DNA of 64,000 nucleotides from Azolla caroliniana. Its lineage: Eukaryota > Plantae > Polypodiophyta. Positions 61,591 through 64,000 of the stretch are shown here, piece by piece. Under the pieces are notes generated by a model. It was not told the origin of the DNA and made no database searches. It saw only the letters and a program-made list of their open reading frames with translations. Within the stretch, counting starts at the first letter, position 1, and each line of letters begins with the position of its first letter. The translations under genes and the position numbers were made by a program. The stretch spans positions 18,724,001 to 18,788,000 of the forward strand of contig JBHGNT010000001.1 of assembly GCA_043228905.1 (NCBI GenBank), in the 5' to 3' direction.

Positions 61591-62037
61591 AAGAAAGCTG
61601 AATGAGGAGTAGAACGTAAGAGCTGATTGACACTCATACTATACCTCTGCCGACTCGGCTACTTGCCGATAGACTTGTAACATAAAATCTAGTTAAACCT
61701 GTAATCTAGGTTTACGGGGGAGATAACCAAAAGCATTTGCATATGCACAAAAGAGTAGTCCTTTTACGGGGGAGTTTGTTGGCATAAAAGGCAGACTCCT
61801 TCCAAATTGTATCCATCCAAGTGTGAACTCGTTAATAAGTTAGGGCTTAGTATAGAAGCGAATACCTAACATTGTAATGAAAGATGACAAGAAGAGTATT
61901 GCATCTCTGAGCGAGAACGAAGTAATGAGAAGCTTTCCTTTAAAGCTCGATTGACTGTCTAAGTCTCGATTCACTGTGTTTTTTGTGTGTTGGTTTCTGT
62001 GCATAAGCAGACAGGTCCGCAAACGTTTTCCGCATAC

Positions 62038-64000
62038 TGTTACCGATACAGAACACTGTCTATCTTCAGTCCTTCGAGATAGACTTCAAGGTGATTGCGT
62101 GACAAGGTATGCTGTTACATGAGGCATAAGCTGTACTCCGTTGGTTGCGTAATAATGTGTATCTATGGGTGAAGGTTCACGGCTACGACCGAGAACCTGA
62201 GTGTGCTACTACGCTAACTCTTACCCCACGCTTTCAACAACGCACTTACAAATAGTACAGGGATTCCACAAGATAGCATGGGTTGCACAGACACAGAAAA
62301 TCAGAGAAGATAGGATTCTATTAGAAAAGAAAGAATCACACGCTTAAAAATTACACGCTACCTCTTATAGAGGATTTCTGCCCTTTATATACACAAGGCG
62401 TTCAACCGTTCATGCATCTCGCGTGAACCGTTACATTTCTTTTCTTAACACTACTAATCTAATTACGCATTTTGTCCCGCGGTTACAATTCCGGCGGACA
62501 ACACCTGGCACGCTTGTGGGACAGTGCCATGGCACGTCGGACCCATCCCTCTATTCGTCCTCTAAGATGTCCAGGATGTTCGGCTCTGCTCGCACGTTCT
62601 GGTCTGGAGATGGCGTAGTGTCCGTTGGTGCTTTGTTGCTCTGTTGCGCGCCCTGTTCCTCTTCAGTCGGCGTGGGGGTTTCTACGTTGTCCACTTCTCC
62701 CTCCGTGGTCGGAGCCAGCTCTGCTAGCTCGCTCTTGTCTGCTACGTCTGGCGCTTCCGTCTGTGGGCAAGCGGTTGACTAAGGCTCTGTCCTATCCGTA
62801 TCGTTCTCCATGTTGCCAGGCGTAGTTGTTATTTTTGGTGAATTGGGCCGAGACTCTTCGTGCTTGGTGGAATTGGTATCGGGTACCGTAGTAGGCTTCG
62901 TACGCTATTGCTCACTCCTAATCTCCATTAGTCAGCTGAAAATATCCTCTTGACTTTTCCCGAAGTCGTCTAACAGCTGTGAGAGTTCCTGGGAGTGTTG
63001 GTCCGCTAGCGTGTGATAATCCTATGTTAGGTCCTCGCGTACTGTCGCAATGCCTTCCTCATTGAGTTTGTAGAAACTTCGGCCTTCTTTCCTTCGGTTC
63101 TCCCAGTCGGCCTGGTAGGTATGCAACTCCGCCACTTGTGTTGCCCATGCCATCCAGCCTTTGTCTAGCGCCGTTTTTAATTTCGCCGTAAACCTCTCCC
63201 GATTGGTTTGAAGAAGTATGCGTACATTATCTGCTATCACTTGGGAGCGGTTTTGCGCTTCTTCCAGGGTTTTATTGAGGTTTTTGATTTCTCGCTTATT
63301 AACTGCGGCCGTGTCCTCATAATGGTTTTTCATCTCTGCCCATATCTGGGACTCTTTCAAGTGTAATTCCTCCAGCCGGCCCATTTCATTGTTCAGGCAG
63401 ACTTCTACCTGATGTGTCACCTCCCGTTCCCATACGAGCTACTCGTCGTACCACACTTTCTTCTTTGCCAATAACTCCCGGAGCCCTGAGATTGCCGCTT
63501 CTGACTTTTGGGCTTCCTCCCGTAGCTTGGTGTTTTCTTCTTTCGTGCTGGTGTGAACTGTTGCCTCTGCTTCGAGTTTCTCTTCGAGTGCCTTCACTGC
63601 CCTTCGACCTTTGGCCTGGATGTCCTTTTCTTTGTCAGAGGATTGGCGGAGTTCGGCGTGGAAGCGGTCAATCTCAGACTCCGCAAGCTGTGTAGCCCTT
63701 TTTGCTTTAGCGACGATGGCCTTTTGTGCTACAATATCCTCATGTAGGGTTATCGATGTGTCTTCACCTGCTATTGGTTCGAGGTTTTGCGGTGCCATAG
63801 TGACGCTGTGTTCTAGCTCCGTAATGCACTCTTGGGCCTTCTGTAATTGGGCTTGAGTCAGCTTGACTGTTTTCCAAACGTTTTTATTCTTGATAGCCAT
63901 ATCCTTGGCCCCCACACTAACTCTAGCCAATTCCCGATGTGCCTCGACCAAGGCTGCATTCAATGGGGGTAGTTCAATGCCCATACGCCGAATCCCCGCG
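62038..64000 (-). mobile_element. Probable LTR element I inserted in the H 3' LTR: LTR-like part (to about 62523-62545) and a decayed coiled-coil ORF; runs off the window
   Basis: The H LTR stops at 62037 and TGTTACC begins; minus-strand TATATAAAGGG near 62385; co-linear minus ORFs 63439-63984 and 63022-63420 rich in E/K/A/Q. Confidence 0.6.

Larger units (their letters stand above)
48017..62037 (+). mobile_element. Copia H (Tork/Tnt1-like), both LTRs interrupted
   Basis: 5' LTR 48017-48253 plus 56635-56696; PBS TGGTATTAGAGC at 56699; PPT; 3' LTR from 61777, cut at 62037. Confidence 0.92.

Overview
Plant nuclear, TE-dense heterochromatin-like window; the PPR style and retroelement types suggest a seed-free plant such as a fern (inference only). 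One intact host gene is present: an intronless F-box/kelch-type gene (40580-41866, minus). The rest is nested retroelements whose ends, PBS, PPT and target-site duplications (TSDs) could mostly be read base by base. Left nest: old Gypsy Z > Copia A (7897-25526) > antisense sister Copia B (8631-21409) > GC-rich Gypsy C (11323-19694). Middle: Copia D (26935-33462) carrying two solo-LTR-like inserts. Right nest: Copia G > Copia H > Copia E > LINE fragment > solo-LTR-like insert, plus a further solo LTR and element I in H. Best leads: (1) three TGTCG...GACA elements that all have 4-bp RCGY TSDs; (2) a G_GAU_UUU -1 frameshift signal between protease and RT in Gypsy C; (3) duplications of exactly 182 and 546 (3x182) bp in C; (4) an 808-bp TIR element with a 5-bp TSD enclosing a PPT-LTR-PBS unit; (5) template-switch scars. 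All alignments were done by eye and no database search was run, so lineage names are provisional and novelty is unproven.
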